64,000 nt of DNA from Alphaproteobacteria bacterium (GTDB lineage: Bacteria > Pseudomonadota > Alphaproteobacteria > Bin95). The notes beneath the pieces are model-generated. The model worked only from the letters and a program-made list of their open reading frames with translations, had not been told where the DNA came from and did no database searches. The position numbers and the translations under genes are program-made. The stretch covers positions 1,408,001 to 1,472,000 of the forward strand of contig OZ224045.1 in the NCBI GenBank assembly GCA_963665325.3, written 5' to 3'. How positions within the stretch are numbered: the first letter of the stretch is position 1; each line of letters starts with the position of its first letter. Shown here in pieces: positions 48,376 to 57,590 of this stretch.

Positions 48376-49713
48376 TCAAGCTTTCACGATCCGCGCCGGG
48401 CGCGGCCGCTCATCGTAAACATTGCGTGTATCGACGACCAGCGGCAGCGCCGCCGCCAAGGCCTCCCAGTCCACCGCATCGTGGTCGGTCACAGCCAGCG
48501 CGGCATCGAAACCGGCGAGCGCCTCCCGCGACCAGTCGATACATGGCGTGCCGGCCAGTTCGGGATGGGCGCGGGTGGCCGGAATCGCCAACACATGCGG
48601 GTCGTAATAGGCGACTTCGGCCCCGCGCTCCGCCAGCAGGTCCCAGAGGCGCAGCGCCGGGCTTTCGCGCGTGTCGTCGATGTTCTTCTTGTAGGCGACG
48701 CCGACCAGCAGGATACGGCTGCCCGCAAGCGCCGCGGGCGCCAGCGCCTCGGCCAGCCTTGCGACCACGCGCTCCGGCATTTCGGCGTTGATCTCGCCCG
48801 CGAGCTCGATGAAACGGCTCGGCAGACCGACGCTGCGCGCCTTCCAGGCCAGATAGAACGGGTCGATCGGGATGCAGTGGCCGCCCCAGCCCGGCCCCGG
48901 ATAGAAGGGCATGTAGCCGAAGGGCTTGGTACTCGCGGCCTCGACGACTTCCCAGATGTCCACATCCATTCCGGCGTAGATGCCCTTGAGTTCGTTGACG
49001 AGTGCGATGTTGACGGCGCGGAAGACATTTTCGGTGAGCTTCGCGGCTTCCGCCGCGGCCGGCGACGACACAGCGTGCACCGCCGGCGAAACGGCCTCGT
49101 AGAGCGTGCGGGCGAGCGCCAGCGCTTCGGGCCCGTCGGCGCCGACAACGCGCGGGATGCGCCGCTCGCCGCTGCCGGGAGATTCGCGTTCCGGCGCGTA
49201 GGCGAGGAAGAAGTCGCGTCCGCTTCGGAGCCCGCCTTCCTCCAGGATGGGTTTGACGACCTCGTCGGTTGTGCCGGGCCAGGTGGTCGATTCGAGAATG
49301 ACCAGCTGTCCCGGCCGGAGGGTTTCGGCGACGGCGCGAACGCTCGCCTCGACGAAGCGCAGATCCGGCTCCCGGTCCGGACCGAGCGGCGTCGGCACGC
49401 AGATCGCGATGACGTCGGCCTCGCCGAGGCGGGCGAAATCGTCCGTTGCCTCGAACCGTCCGCTCGCGGCCATCGCCGCAACCTCTCCGTCGGCGACATC
49501 CATGATGTAGGAGTGTCCGGCTGCGAGCAGCGGGGGCTTTTCCGGGTCCGTGTCGAACCCGGTTACGGAAAAGCCCGCCTCGTGAAAGGCGCGGGCCAAC
49601 GGCAGCCCAACATAACCGAGCCCGACGACGCCGATGCAGGCCCGGCGAACCTGCAGCTTGTTCAGCAAAGCTTCAGGCGTAGCTGCGTTCGCCTCCAACA
49701 TTCCTTCGTCCAT
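48376..49713 (-). CDS. nucleotide-sugar dehydrogenase (UDP-GlcNAc/ManNAc type)
   Basis: VVGLGYVGLP, CVPTP, ESTTWPGTT and GHCIPIDP motifs. Confidence 0.93.
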   Translation of the reverse strand: MDEGMLEANAATPEALLNKLQVRRACIGVVGLGYVGLPLARAFHEAGFSVTGFDTDPEKPPLLAAGHSYIMDVADGEVAAMAASGRFEATDDFARLGEADVIAICVPTPLGPDREPDLRFVEASVRAVAETLRPGQLVILESTTWPGTTDEVVKPILEEGGLRSGRDFFLAYAPERESPGSGERRIPRVVGADGPEALALARTLYEAVSPAVHAVSSPAAAEAAKLTENVFRAVNIALVNELKGIYAGMDVDIWEVVEAASTKPFGYMPFYPGPGWGGHCIPIDPFYLAWKARSVGLPSRFIELAGEINAEMPERVVARLAEALAPAALAGSRILLVGVAYKKNIDDTRESPALRLWDLLAERGAEVAYYDPHVLAIPATRAHPELAGTPCIDWSREALAGFDAALAVTDHDAVDWEALAAALPLVVDTRNVYDERPRPARIVKA

Positions 49714-49868
49714 CAGGGATCGCTTCTCTTGTCGCACCGGGCCGAACGTCGTCTTCCCCGGGACTAGCGTCAAGGCGTCCCGGCCATCCATACGATCGTG
49801 ACGGCGAAGAACGGCATCTCGTCGGTCGAGATGGGCCGCCGGCGCGGCGCGGGAGCCGCCTCGGCCCC

Positions 49869-51275
49869 TCAGGCGCTCGAATCGGCCTCCTTGCCGAAGA
49901 GGCGGACCTGGGCACCGGCGAGCAGATCGGCGAGCCGGCCGCGAATGGCCCAGAGGCAAATGAGCGACGGGATCACCATGAGCGTGGTGATGACGAAGAA
50001 AGTGCCCCAGTCCCCTTCCAGCCAGTCCACCAGTTCGCCGGAGGAGGCGGCGAACAGGGTCCGCCCGGCCGTGCCGATGGACGCGAGCAGCGCATATTGG
50101 GTCGCGGTATAGGTCCGGTCCACCAGCATCGAGATGAAGGCGACGAAGGTGACGGTGGCAAACGCGCTGGTGAGGTCGTCCATCACGACGGCGGCGGCGA
50201 ACAGCAACTCCGACTTGCCCGACCAGGCCATGAGCGCGAACAGGAGGTTGGTCGCCGCCATGGCGATGCCGGAGACGAACATCGCCCGCACCAGCCCCAT
50301 GCGGATGGCGAACAGCCCCCCGAGCACGGTGAAGACCACAGTGGTGAGCCAGCCGAGGCCCTTGGAATAGACGGCAATGTCCGACTTCGAGAAACCTACC
50401 TCCTTGTAGAAGATCAGCGACATGCGCCCCATGAACGCCTCGCCGATCTTGAAGAGGAAAATGAAGCCGAGCACGGCGCCGGCGATGGCGAAGCCGTTGC
50501 GCCGGAAGAAGCTGAGCAGCGGGCCGCCGACCGTTCCGGCAAGCCACGCGGAGACACGGCCTGCCGGGCCGGGGACTCCGAACCGGGAAGCGATCAGCTG
50601 TTCGTCCCGGTCCTGCGCGGCGATGCGTTCGGCCGCGGACGGCTCGGGCACGAAAGCCAGGCCGATATTGCAGAGCACGACCACGATGCCGAGCACGAGG
50701 AACGTGGCCTGCCAGTACTGCTCGACGCCGGCCTGCTCGAAATACTGGGCGGCCTCCAGCGCGACGATGCCGCCGAGCTTGTAGCCTGTCCACCAGCCGA
50801 CCACGGCCACGGCCGCGCCCGCTGCCATGGAACCGCCCTCGTCCTTGCCGATCTGCTCGATCCGCAGCGCGTCCACGGCAATGTCCTGCGTGGCGGAGGC
50901 GACGGCGATGGCAAGCCCGATCGCAACGACGAGGCCGAGATCGGCAGTGGGTTCGACCGTACTCCACAAGATGAGGCAGATGAGGATGACCGCCTGAAGC
51001 GCCACGATCCAGGACCGCCGGTGGCCGAGCCGGTCCGCGATCCAGGGCAGGCGGATGCGGTCGATCAGCGGTGCCCAGAGGAAGTTGAACGCATAGACGC
51101 CGAAGATGAGCCCCGCCCATCCGATGGTGCTGCGGCTGAGCCCCTCCTCCTTCAGCCAGAGGTTCAGGCTGCTGCCGATGAGCACCCAGGGGAAGCCGCT
51201 CACGATGCCCAGCAGCAGGATCCGCGCCATGCGCCGTTCGAAATAGGTCGTCAGCGATTCCCGGAATTGCGCCAC
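49869..51275 (-). CDS. AmpG family muropeptide MFS transporter
   Basis: LLLGIVSGFP, FLWAPLIDR, SATQDIAVDALRIE and TATQYALL motifs. Confidence 0.9.
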   Translation of the reverse strand: MAQFRESLTTYFERRMARILLLGIVSGFPWVLIGSSLNLWLKEEGLSRSTIGWAGLIFGVYAFNFLWAPLIDRIRLPWIADRLGHRRSWIVALQAVILICLILWSTVEPTADLGLVVAIGLAIAVASATQDIAVDALRIEQIGKDEGGSMAAGAAVAVVGWWTGYKLGGIVALEAAQYFEQAGVEQYWQATFLVLGIVVVLCNIGLAFVPEPSAAERIAAQDRDEQLIASRFGVPGPAGRVSAWLAGTVGGPLLSFFRRNGFAIAGAVLGFIFLFKIGEAFMGRMSLIFYKEVGFSKSDIAVYSKGLGWLTTVVFTVLGGLFAIRMGLVRAMFVSGIAMAATNLLFALMAWSGKSELLFAAAVVMDDLTSAFATVTFVAFISMLVDRTYTATQYALLASIGTAGRTLFAASSGELVDWLEGDWGTFFVITTLMVIPSLICLWAIRGRLADLLAGAQVRLFGKEADSSA

Positions 51276-51394
51276 CCTGCCACCCCTCGTCTGCCGTTGG
51301 ACGCCGCCGAGGCTGCCGGTTTCGGCCGCGGCCTCCTCCCGCATTGTGCGGCGCGGCGGTTTTGCTACAGTCCCGGCGGCAAGGAGGCAAGACG

Positions 51395-52288
51395 ATGACG
51401 GACTTCGGACCCGACGCAATAGGGGGCATCGTGCCGCCCATGACGACGCCGTTTTCGGCGGCGGGCGAGATCGACGAGACGGCATTCCGCGCCGAGGCGC
51501 GCTTCCTGCTCGATGCCGGCGTCCACGGGCTTGCGGTCGCAGGCAGCACGGGCGAAGGCCATGCGCTTTCCACCGACGAGGTCTGCCGCCTTACGGCCAT
51601 CGCGGTTGAGGAGGCGGAAGGGCGCGTGCCGATTGTCGCCGGTATCATCGTCGATTCGACCCAGCAGGCCATCGACCGCGGCCGGGCGGCAGCCGAAGCC
51701 GGTGCGGCGGCGCTGCAGGTGACGCCCGTGCATTACCTCTTCCGGCCCGACGACGCCCATATGAAGGAGCATTTCCGCGAGATGGCCGAGGCCGTCGCTT
51801 CGCCCATCATCATCTACAATGTCGTGCCCTGGACCTATCTCTCGCCCGAACTCCTGGTCGAGATCATGACAGACATACCGGGCGTGGTCGGCGTCAAGCA
51901 GAGCGCAGGCGACCTCAAGCTGTTCGCCGACCTGATGGCGACCGCGCCGGAGGGCTCGCGCATCATGAGCGCGGTCGATGCGCTGATGTACCCTTCCTTC
52001 ACGCTCGGCGCGCACGGGGCGGTCGCGGCGATCCTGACGGCAGCGCCCAAAGCATCCGTGATCCTCTGGGACGCGGTGGCGGACGGCGACCACGCAAGCG
52101 CGCTCGACCTGCATTTGCGGCTGCTGCCGCTCTGGAACGCGATGATCGACGATAACCTCCCGGCGGCGGTCAAGGCCGCGCTGGACTTCCAGGGGGTCGC
52201 GGGCGGTCTGCCGCGCCGGCCGATGCCGGTGGCGTCCAACAGCCAGCGCAGCGCCATCGCCGCGGCCCTCAAGGAGTTGCCGCAATGA
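51395..52288 (+). CDS. dihydrodipicolinate synthase family aldolase/lyase
   Basis: PPMTTPF, GSTGE, IYNV and GVKQS motifs. SD AGGAGG upstream. Confidence 0.92.
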   Translation: MTDFGPDAIGGIVPPMTTPFSAAGEIDETAFRAEARFLLDAGVHGLAVAGSTGEGHALSTDEVCRLTAIAVEEAEGRVPIVAGIIVDSTQQAIDRGRAAAEAGAAALQVTPVHYLFRPDDAHMKEHFREMAEAVASPIIIYNVVPWTYLSPELLVEIMTDIPGVVGVKQSAGDLKLFADLMATAPEGSRIMSAVDALMYPSFTLGAHGAVAAILTAAPKASVILWDAVADGDHASALDLHLRLLPLWNAMIDDNLPAAVKAALDFQGVAGGLPRRPMPVASNSQRSAIAAALKELPQ

Positions 52289-53544
52289 ACGCTGCCGCCA
52301 ATACGGCCGACATCATGCCGGCCTGGCCGGAGGGCGGCGTCTCCCGCGTGCCCTACCGGCTCTTCTCGGACAACGATGTCTATGCGCTGGAGCAGGAGCG
52401 GCTGTTCCGGGGGCCGGTCTGGAACTATCTCTGCCTAGAGCTGGAGGTGGCGGAACCCGGTGATTTCCGCACCGCCTTCATCGGCGAGACGCCCGTCGTC
52501 GTCGCGCGGGACGGGAACGGCGAACTGCGCGGCATGGTCAATCGCTGCGCGCACAAGGGCGCGCTAGTCTGCCTCGCCGAGCGGGGAAATCGCAAGCACT
52601 TCTCCTGCATCTACCACTCCTGGACCTACCATCTCGACGGGCGGCTTCGCGGCGTGGCCTTTCGCGGCGGCCTGAAGGGCAAGGGCGGCATGCCCGAGGA
52701 TTTCGATCCCGCCCGCCACCGCATGCAGCCGATCCGCGTCGAGGTGTTCTGCGGGCTCGTCTTCGGTACCTTCGAGCCGGACATGCCGCCGGTGGAGGAG
52801 TGGGTCGGGCCGACCATGGCGCACTTCCTCAAGCGCAATCTCGGCTCGCGTCCGCTGAAGGTGCTGGGCACCCACAGCCAGATCATCCACAACAACTGGA
52901 AGCTCTACGCGGAGAATGTGCGCGATTCCTACCACGCCACCCTGCTGCACACCTTCTACACCACCTTCAAGGTGAACCGGCTCGACATGGACGGCGGCAT
53001 CCTGCTCTCGGAGGGCACGCCCTGGCACCATATCAGCTACGCCAAGCGCGCAACCCTCGAGGAGGCGGCGGAATACAAGGACGCCAACGTTCATTCGGCC
53101 AGCTACGATTCGAAGCTCAACGGCCCCGCGCTTCTGAAGACCGAGGATGAGTTCGACGACGGTATCACCCACTCGGTGCAGTCGATCTTCCCGACGCTGG
53201 CGGTGCATTTCACGCTGAACTCGCTCTGCGTGCGTAATTTCGTGCCGCGCGGGCTGGAGGAGACCGAGCTCGTCTGGACTTATCTGGGCTATGCGGACGA
53301 CAGCGAGGAGATGACGGCCATGCGCGTGCTGCAGGCAAACCTGACCGGCGCGGCCGGGCTGGTCTCGCTGGAGGACGGCTGCATCAACGAGTTCGTTCAG
53401 CGCGGCACCAGGGGCAGTGGGGACGCCGCGGCCGTGCTGGAGATGGGCGGACGCGGGCTCGAGTCCAGCGAAAGCTCGCGCGCGACCGAAGTCTCGATCC
53501 GGGGCTTCTGGAGCGGCTATCGCGGCCTGATGGGCTACGCATGA
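52285..53544 (+). CDS. Rieske aromatic ring-hydroxylating oxygenase alpha subunit (salicylate/anthranilate/terephthalate group)
   Basis: CAHKG...CIYH Rieske ligands, plus NWKLYAEN.RDSYHATLLH and SLEDG motifs. Confidence 0.93.
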   Translation: MNAAANTADIMPAWPEGGVSRVPYRLFSDNDVYALEQERLFRGPVWNYLCLELEVAEPGDFRTAFIGETPVVVARDGNGELRGMVNRCAHKGALVCLAERGNRKHFSCIYHSWTYHLDGRLRGVAFRGGLKGKGGMPEDFDPARHRMQPIRVEVFCGLVFGTFEPDMPPVEEWVGPTMAHFLKRNLGSRPLKVLGTHSQIIHNNWKLYAENVRDSYHATLLHTFYTTFKVNRLDMDGGILLSEGTPWHHISYAKRATLEEAAEYKDANVHSASYDSKLNGPALLKTEDEFDDGITHSVQSIFPTLAVHFTLNSLCVRNFVPRGLEETELVWTYLGYADDSEEMTAMRVLQANLTGAAGLVSLEDGCINEFVQRGTRGSGDAAAVLEMGGRGLESSESSRATEVSIRGFWSGYRGLMGYA

Positions 53545-54014
53545 TTGACTCGGAGACGCGCCAGCGGACCGAAGACTTCCTGCTCGACTGCGCCTGGACC
53601 ATCGACGAGGACGATCTGGAGGCGTGGCCGGGCTTCTTCGCCAAGGACGGCCGCTACCGCATAACAACCCGCGACAACGAGGAGCGCGGCCTGCCGGTCG
53701 GCATCATGCTCTGTGAGGGGCGCGGCATGTTGGAGGACCGGGTGCTGGCGCTGCGCACCGCCAATATCTTCGAGCCGCACCGCTACCGGCACATTCTGGG
53801 CCGGCCCCGCCTTCGCGAGAGCGAGGACGGGCTCATCCGCTCCGACAGCAGCTTCATCGTGATGCGCACCATGCAGGATGGCCGCATGGACCTGTTCGCC
53901 GCCGGCAATTACCGCGACCTGCTGCGCGTCGAGGACGGCCGGGTGATGTTCCAGGAGCGCGCGGCGGTGCTGGAGTCGCGGCGCGTCGATGTGCTGATCG
54001 TCATCCCGATATGA
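53541..54014 (+). CDS. aromatic ring-hydroxylating oxygenase beta subunit
   Basis: IDEDDLEAWPGFF, MLEDRV..LRTANIFEPH and C-terminal VIPI motifs. Confidence 0.92.
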   Translation: MIDSETRQRTEDFLLDCAWTIDEDDLEAWPGFFAKDGRYRITTRDNEERGLPVGIMLCEGRGMLEDRVLALRTANIFEPHRYRHILGRPRLRESEDGLIRSDSSFIVMRTMQDGRMDLFAAGNYRDLLRVEDGRVMFQERAAVLESRRVDVLIVIPI

Positions 54015-55060
54015 CGCGGGCGGGAACGGGAGCCTCGACAATGCGGCCTTTGACCGACTCTACCGGCATTCAGGACGACGGGGCGAAGCTCCGCGAGCGG
54101 GCGGCGGCGGACGGCTATGTTCTCGTCCGGGGGCTCCTTCCGCGTTCGCTGCTGGAGGAGGTGGCCGAGGAAATCGCCGAGCCCATGGCCGAGGCCGACT
54201 GGATCGCTCCGGGCGAGCCTTTGGCGGACGCCAGGGCGGACCTTTCCAAATTCTGCGTGGAGCCGCAGCCGCCTTTCATGGAGGTGTTCTACAGGCAGTT
54301 GTCGCTGCGCTCGCTGCACGCGCTCAAGCTGCACGGGAACCTGCTCGGCTTCTTCGGCAAATTGTTCGGCGAGGAGGCATTCTGCCCGCCGCATTTCGTG
54401 ATGCGGCTCGCCTTCCCCGGCAAGGACAAATACGCAACGCCGGCGCATCAGGACTACACGCATTTCGAAGGCAGCCGGCGCAATTGGGCCGCCTGGATTC
54501 CCTTCACCGACATCGACGCGGAGCGCGGCGGCCTTGCCGTCGCCGCCGGCTCGCACAAGGGCGGCGTGCTAGACATGCGCCCGGCGCTCGGCGCGGGGCA
54601 GATGGTCATCGACGCGGACCTCGACGCATACGACTGGCGCTGGAGCCCGATGCAGGTTGGCGACGTGCTCATCCACAATTGCCAGACGATCCACAAGGGT
54701 CTGCCGAATGCATCGGGCGCCATGCGGGTTTCCATGGACTGCCGCTACCAGCCGCTTTCGGAGCCGGTCGGCGAGAAATATCTCGGCGTCTCGCACCAGA
54801 TGCGGACCTGGGAAGACCTCTATGCCGGCTGGGAGGAGGATGACCCGCTGAAATATTACTGGCGGGACCTGCCCCTCACCGTCCAGCCCTTCGAATATCG
54901 CTGGTACGACCGGCGGGACGAACGCGCCATCGAGATGGGCGAGGCCGGAGACCCGGAAGCCCTCCTTGCGCTGGAGAACATATCGCTGAAGCACCGGTCG
55001 GCAGCCGTCAGGCAGAGGGCGGACGCTGCTCTGTCCCGGTTGCGGACGGCGTTGGGGTGA
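54011..55060 (+). CDS. phytanoyl-CoA dioxygenase (PhyH) family protein
   Basis: DGYVLVRG, TPAHQD, WIP, GSHK and GDVLIH...IH...RVSMDCRYQ motifs. Confidence 0.9.
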   Translation: MTRAGTGASTMRPLTDSTGIQDDGAKLRERAAADGYVLVRGLLPRSLLEEVAEEIAEPMAEADWIAPGEPLADARADLSKFCVEPQPPFMEVFYRQLSLRSLHALKLHGNLLGFFGKLFGEEAFCPPHFVMRLAFPGKDKYATPAHQDYTHFEGSRRNWAAWIPFTDIDAERGGLAVAAGSHKGGVLDMRPALGAGQMVIDADLDAYDWRWSPMQVGDVLIHNCQTIHKGLPNASGAMRVSMDCRYQPLSEPVGEKYLGVSHQMRTWEDLYAGWEEDDPLKYYWRDLPLTVQPFEYRWYDRRDERAIEMGEAGDPEALLALENISLKHRSAAVRQRADAALSRLRTALG

Positions 55061-55094
55061 GTCCGCAAGAACGGTTTTTTCGGAACCCGGTCCG

Positions 55095-55820
55095 TTATTC
55101 CTCCGCCGCCATCACGGCTTCTGCCCTGTCGGGGTAGATGATGCGCTCGGCGAAGCGGTGCATGAGGTCGATCTCGTCCTGGCTCCGATATTCAATCCGG
55201 CTGCCCTTAATCGCGGCGAGATGCTCGGCGATGATGTTGCGCTTCACCTCGGCGGCGAAGGAGGTCAGGCGGTGGTAGGCCTCCGAGATCGTCCGGCCGA
55301 GCGTCGTCACGCCGTGCCCGATCAACACCACGCAATTGGTATCGGCGATGAAGTCCTTGACGGGTCCGACATCGGTTTCGACGTCGATATCGGCGGGGAG
55401 ATAGTAGGGCGGCTTGCCGTGGATGAACGGCATGTCGAGCGAGATTATCCGGACTTCGCTGAAGGCGCCCGAGCCGAAAAACGCGATGGTCTCGTCGTGA
55501 TGAACATGGATGACCGCGTCGATATCGGGCCTGAGCCTGAGGATCTCGCGGTTGAGGTTATGGCCGACGCTCGTCATCGCCTCGCCATGCAGCAGCCGGC
55601 TGGTCGGAATGTCGGTGATGACGATGTTGTCGACGGTCATTTCCTCAAGCGAAATCTCCGCATGCTTGGTATAGGCCACGCCGTGCTCGAAATCCGGATG
55701 CGGCTTGCGCATCACCATGTTTCCCAGCGTGTTGTGAACGTAGCCCCGCCTCGCGACCATGTGGGCGTAACGGATGAAGGCGGCGCCGAACTCGGCATCG
55801 AATTCAACTTCGTTGACCAT
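55095..55820 (-). CDS. class II aldolase/adducin family protein
   Basis: GNM, RPDIDAVIHVH and LIGHGVTTLGRTISEA motifs. SD AGGAGAG upstream of ATG 55820. Confidence 0.85.
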   Translation of the reverse strand: MVNEVEFDAEFGAAFIRYAHMVARRGYVHNTLGNMVMRKPHPDFEHGVAYTKHAEISLEEMTVDNIVITDIPTSRLLHGEAMTSVGHNLNREILRLRPDIDAVIHVHHDETIAFFGSGAFSEVRIISLDMPFIHGKPPYYLPADIDVETDVGPVKDFIADTNCVVLIGHGVTTLGRTISEAYHRLTSFAAEVKRNIIAEHLAAIKGSRIEYRSQDEIDLMHRFAERIIYPDRAEAVMAAEE

Positions 55821-55936
55821 CCAGCCTCTCCTCCTTGCTACGGCCCAATATCTCATAAATTTCAATGGATTGGGAGAGGTCGCCGTTCTCCTTCGCCGCG
55901 GTTGGCCTGCTGTCGAATTCGAGTCTTTGGCTTGCG

Positions 55937-56263
55937 TTACCGGGCTATGCCGAGAAATACGATGGCTGCACGACCGATCCGTTGCATGTCGGCATTCCCA
56001 AGCATACCGATTCGGCGATGAAGGCGGTCACGGCGAACAGTCGTGATCTTGTCGATCATCGCGTGGCAGCGCTCATTCAGTCCATTTTCCGGAGAAGGCA
56101 AGAGAGGGATTCGGAACAGCGGCGCAGAGGTACTGTCGGTAGTCAGGCCGCAGACCGTAACCGACGGGGTTCGGTCGAAACGGTTGTCCTGGAGGATTAC
56201 GACGGGCCGGGGTCTTCCGGCGTAGTCGCCGCCGGCTGCTATCCAGACTTCGCCACGGTTCAC
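55937..56263 (-). CDS. PemK/MazF family toxin
   Basis: RGEVW...YAGRPRPVVILQ, ENGL and MIDKITTV motifs. Confidence 0.92.
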   Translation of the reverse strand: MNRGEVWIAAGGDYAGRPRPVVILQDNRFDRTPSVTVCGLTTDSTSAPLFRIPLLPSPENGLNERCHAMIDKITTVRRDRLHRRIGMLGNADMQRIGRAAIVFLGIAR

Positions 56264-56478
56264 TCTTCGTTGAATTCCGAAATCGAGTCGATGAAGGCCT
56301 GGTCGTCATCGGCATGAGCACTGGCCGCGATGGCCAGGGACTGCCTCCGGGCTTCCTCGGCAAAACCCGGCGCCCGCGTGTCCGCGACCCAAATCTGAAC
56401 AGGCCGCAAGCCTTGCTGGCGGAGCCGGGCGCGATGCCGGCGGACCTTTTCCACAGCGCCGTCCTGAGCAGACGACAT
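56260..56478 (-). CDS. MazE-like (DUF3018-type) antitoxin
   Basis: KVRRHRARLRQQGLRPVQIWVADTR...EARRQS; overlaps the toxin start. Confidence 0.9.
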   Translation of the reverse strand: MSSAQDGAVEKVRRHRARLRQQGLRPVQIWVADTRAPGFAEEARRQSLAIAASAHADDDQAFIDSISEFNEE

Positions 56479-56488
56479 GGCACATGTC

Positions 56489-56509
56489 CTTATAGGGTTA
56501 CATGAAACC
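56489..56509 (-). promoter_or_regulatory. TA operator palindrome overlapping promoter
   Basis: GGTTACATGAAACC near-palindrome (56496-56509) next to a minus-strand -10 TATAAG, upstream of the antitoxin. Confidence 0.6.
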
Positions 56510-56546
56510 TAACGCAGAGGAGGCCTCCGGGCAAGAGCCGCACACT

Positions 56547-57590
56547 TCACGCCGGGCGGATCGTCCAGACCAGCGTATCGCCTTCCATCTCGGCGTCGAC
56601 CGCCATGAACCGGCGGTGCGAGGCGACGGCGCCCCGCCAGAGTTCGATCCAGCAGGCCAGCAGGGCTTCGCGCTCCGGGCCGGGGAGCCCGCGCACGATC
56701 CTGAGCCCCGTCTGGCGGAGGGCTACAGAGTCTCCTCCTGCGGCCTCTGTTTCGACCCCGTCGCCCATGCCTCGGAACATGGCGGCGAGGAATTCTGCGG
56801 CCTCTTTCGGCCCACTGTCCACGCCGCCTACGGCCTCGGCCATCCGGCGGTAATGCTGCAGGCCCGTCAGCCGCGCGGCGCGCTTGCCGTGCGCCAGCGC
56901 CTTCTCCACGCCGACCGTCTCGACCAGTTCGCCGATGCCGGTGCGGATGAATTCGGCCGCATAGTTCCGGTTGGCCCTGGCCAGGCGTCCCTCGCTCCAG
57001 TCGGCCTCGGGCGCGGCGGGCTGCCGGTCGGGATCGAAGGGCGGTGGGCGCTCGTCGGGCGCAAAGACCAGGCGCTCGTTGTCGCTGAGGTCGCGGTCGT
57101 ACTCCCTGAAATATCCGCAGAAGCCGAACTGGCCGGTCATATCCTCTGAGACGCACACGAAGCCGAGCCTGGGATTGTTCAGCGACACGCCGTTCTGCGC
57201 ATACCAGCCGCGCAGGAAACCCCGGCCCGCCTCGACCGGCATGCCGCAGATCGCCGGCCCGTCGAACATCCAGCGCGGATAGCGGAAGCGGACCCAGGCC
57301 TTGCGGTCGGACTCCTCCATATACTCGACGGGGACGCCGCCTATGACATTCGAGAGCGTGTGATACCGGGCGCAGGCCACCGCATCGGGCAGGCCTTCCA
57401 GTCCCAGCTTCGCGAAGCTCGACAGGAATTTCTCCTCATGCAGCCGACGGAAGAGCCGGAACATCCAGTCTCCGACGACCTCCGGCCGTTCGTGCGCAGC
57501 CACCATGAGTTCGAGACCCAGCAGATATTGGTGGTGAAGCTCCGCCTGGGCGGATATGGCGGCGGCTTCGGTAGTTTCGGCAGGGGTCAT
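56547..57590 (-). CDS. hypothetical protein
   Basis: 347-aa ORF with protein-like composition; its ATG overlaps the ligase-homolog stop (ATGA). Confidence 0.75.
   Translation of the reverse strand: MTPAETTEAAAISAQAELHHQYLLGLELMVAAHERPEVVGDWMFRLFRRLHEEKFLSSFAKLGLEGLPDAVACARYHTLSNVIGGVPVEYMEESDRKAWVRFRYPRWMFDGPAICGMPVEAGRGFLRGWYAQNGVSLNNPRLGFVCVSEDMTGQFGFCGYFREYDRDLSDNERLVFAPDERPPPFDPDRQPAAPEADWSEGRLARANRNYAAEFIRTGIGELVETVGVEKALAHGKRAARLTGLQHYRRMAEAVGGVDSGPKEAAEFLAAMFRGMGDGVETEAAGGDSVALRQTGLRIVRGLPGPEREALLACWIELWRGAVASHRRFMAVDAEMEGDTLVWTIRPA

Noticed and set aside
48376-51672. Apparent 1098-aa and 650-aa (31305-33257) fusion proteins in the ORF track
   Set aside because: The N-terminal extensions are off-frame overlaps of neighbouring genes; the real genes have their own downstream starts.
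54011-55060. PhyH-family protein as a halogenase
   Set aside because: It retains HxD (HQD) rather than the HxG/HxA of 2OG-dependent halogenases.
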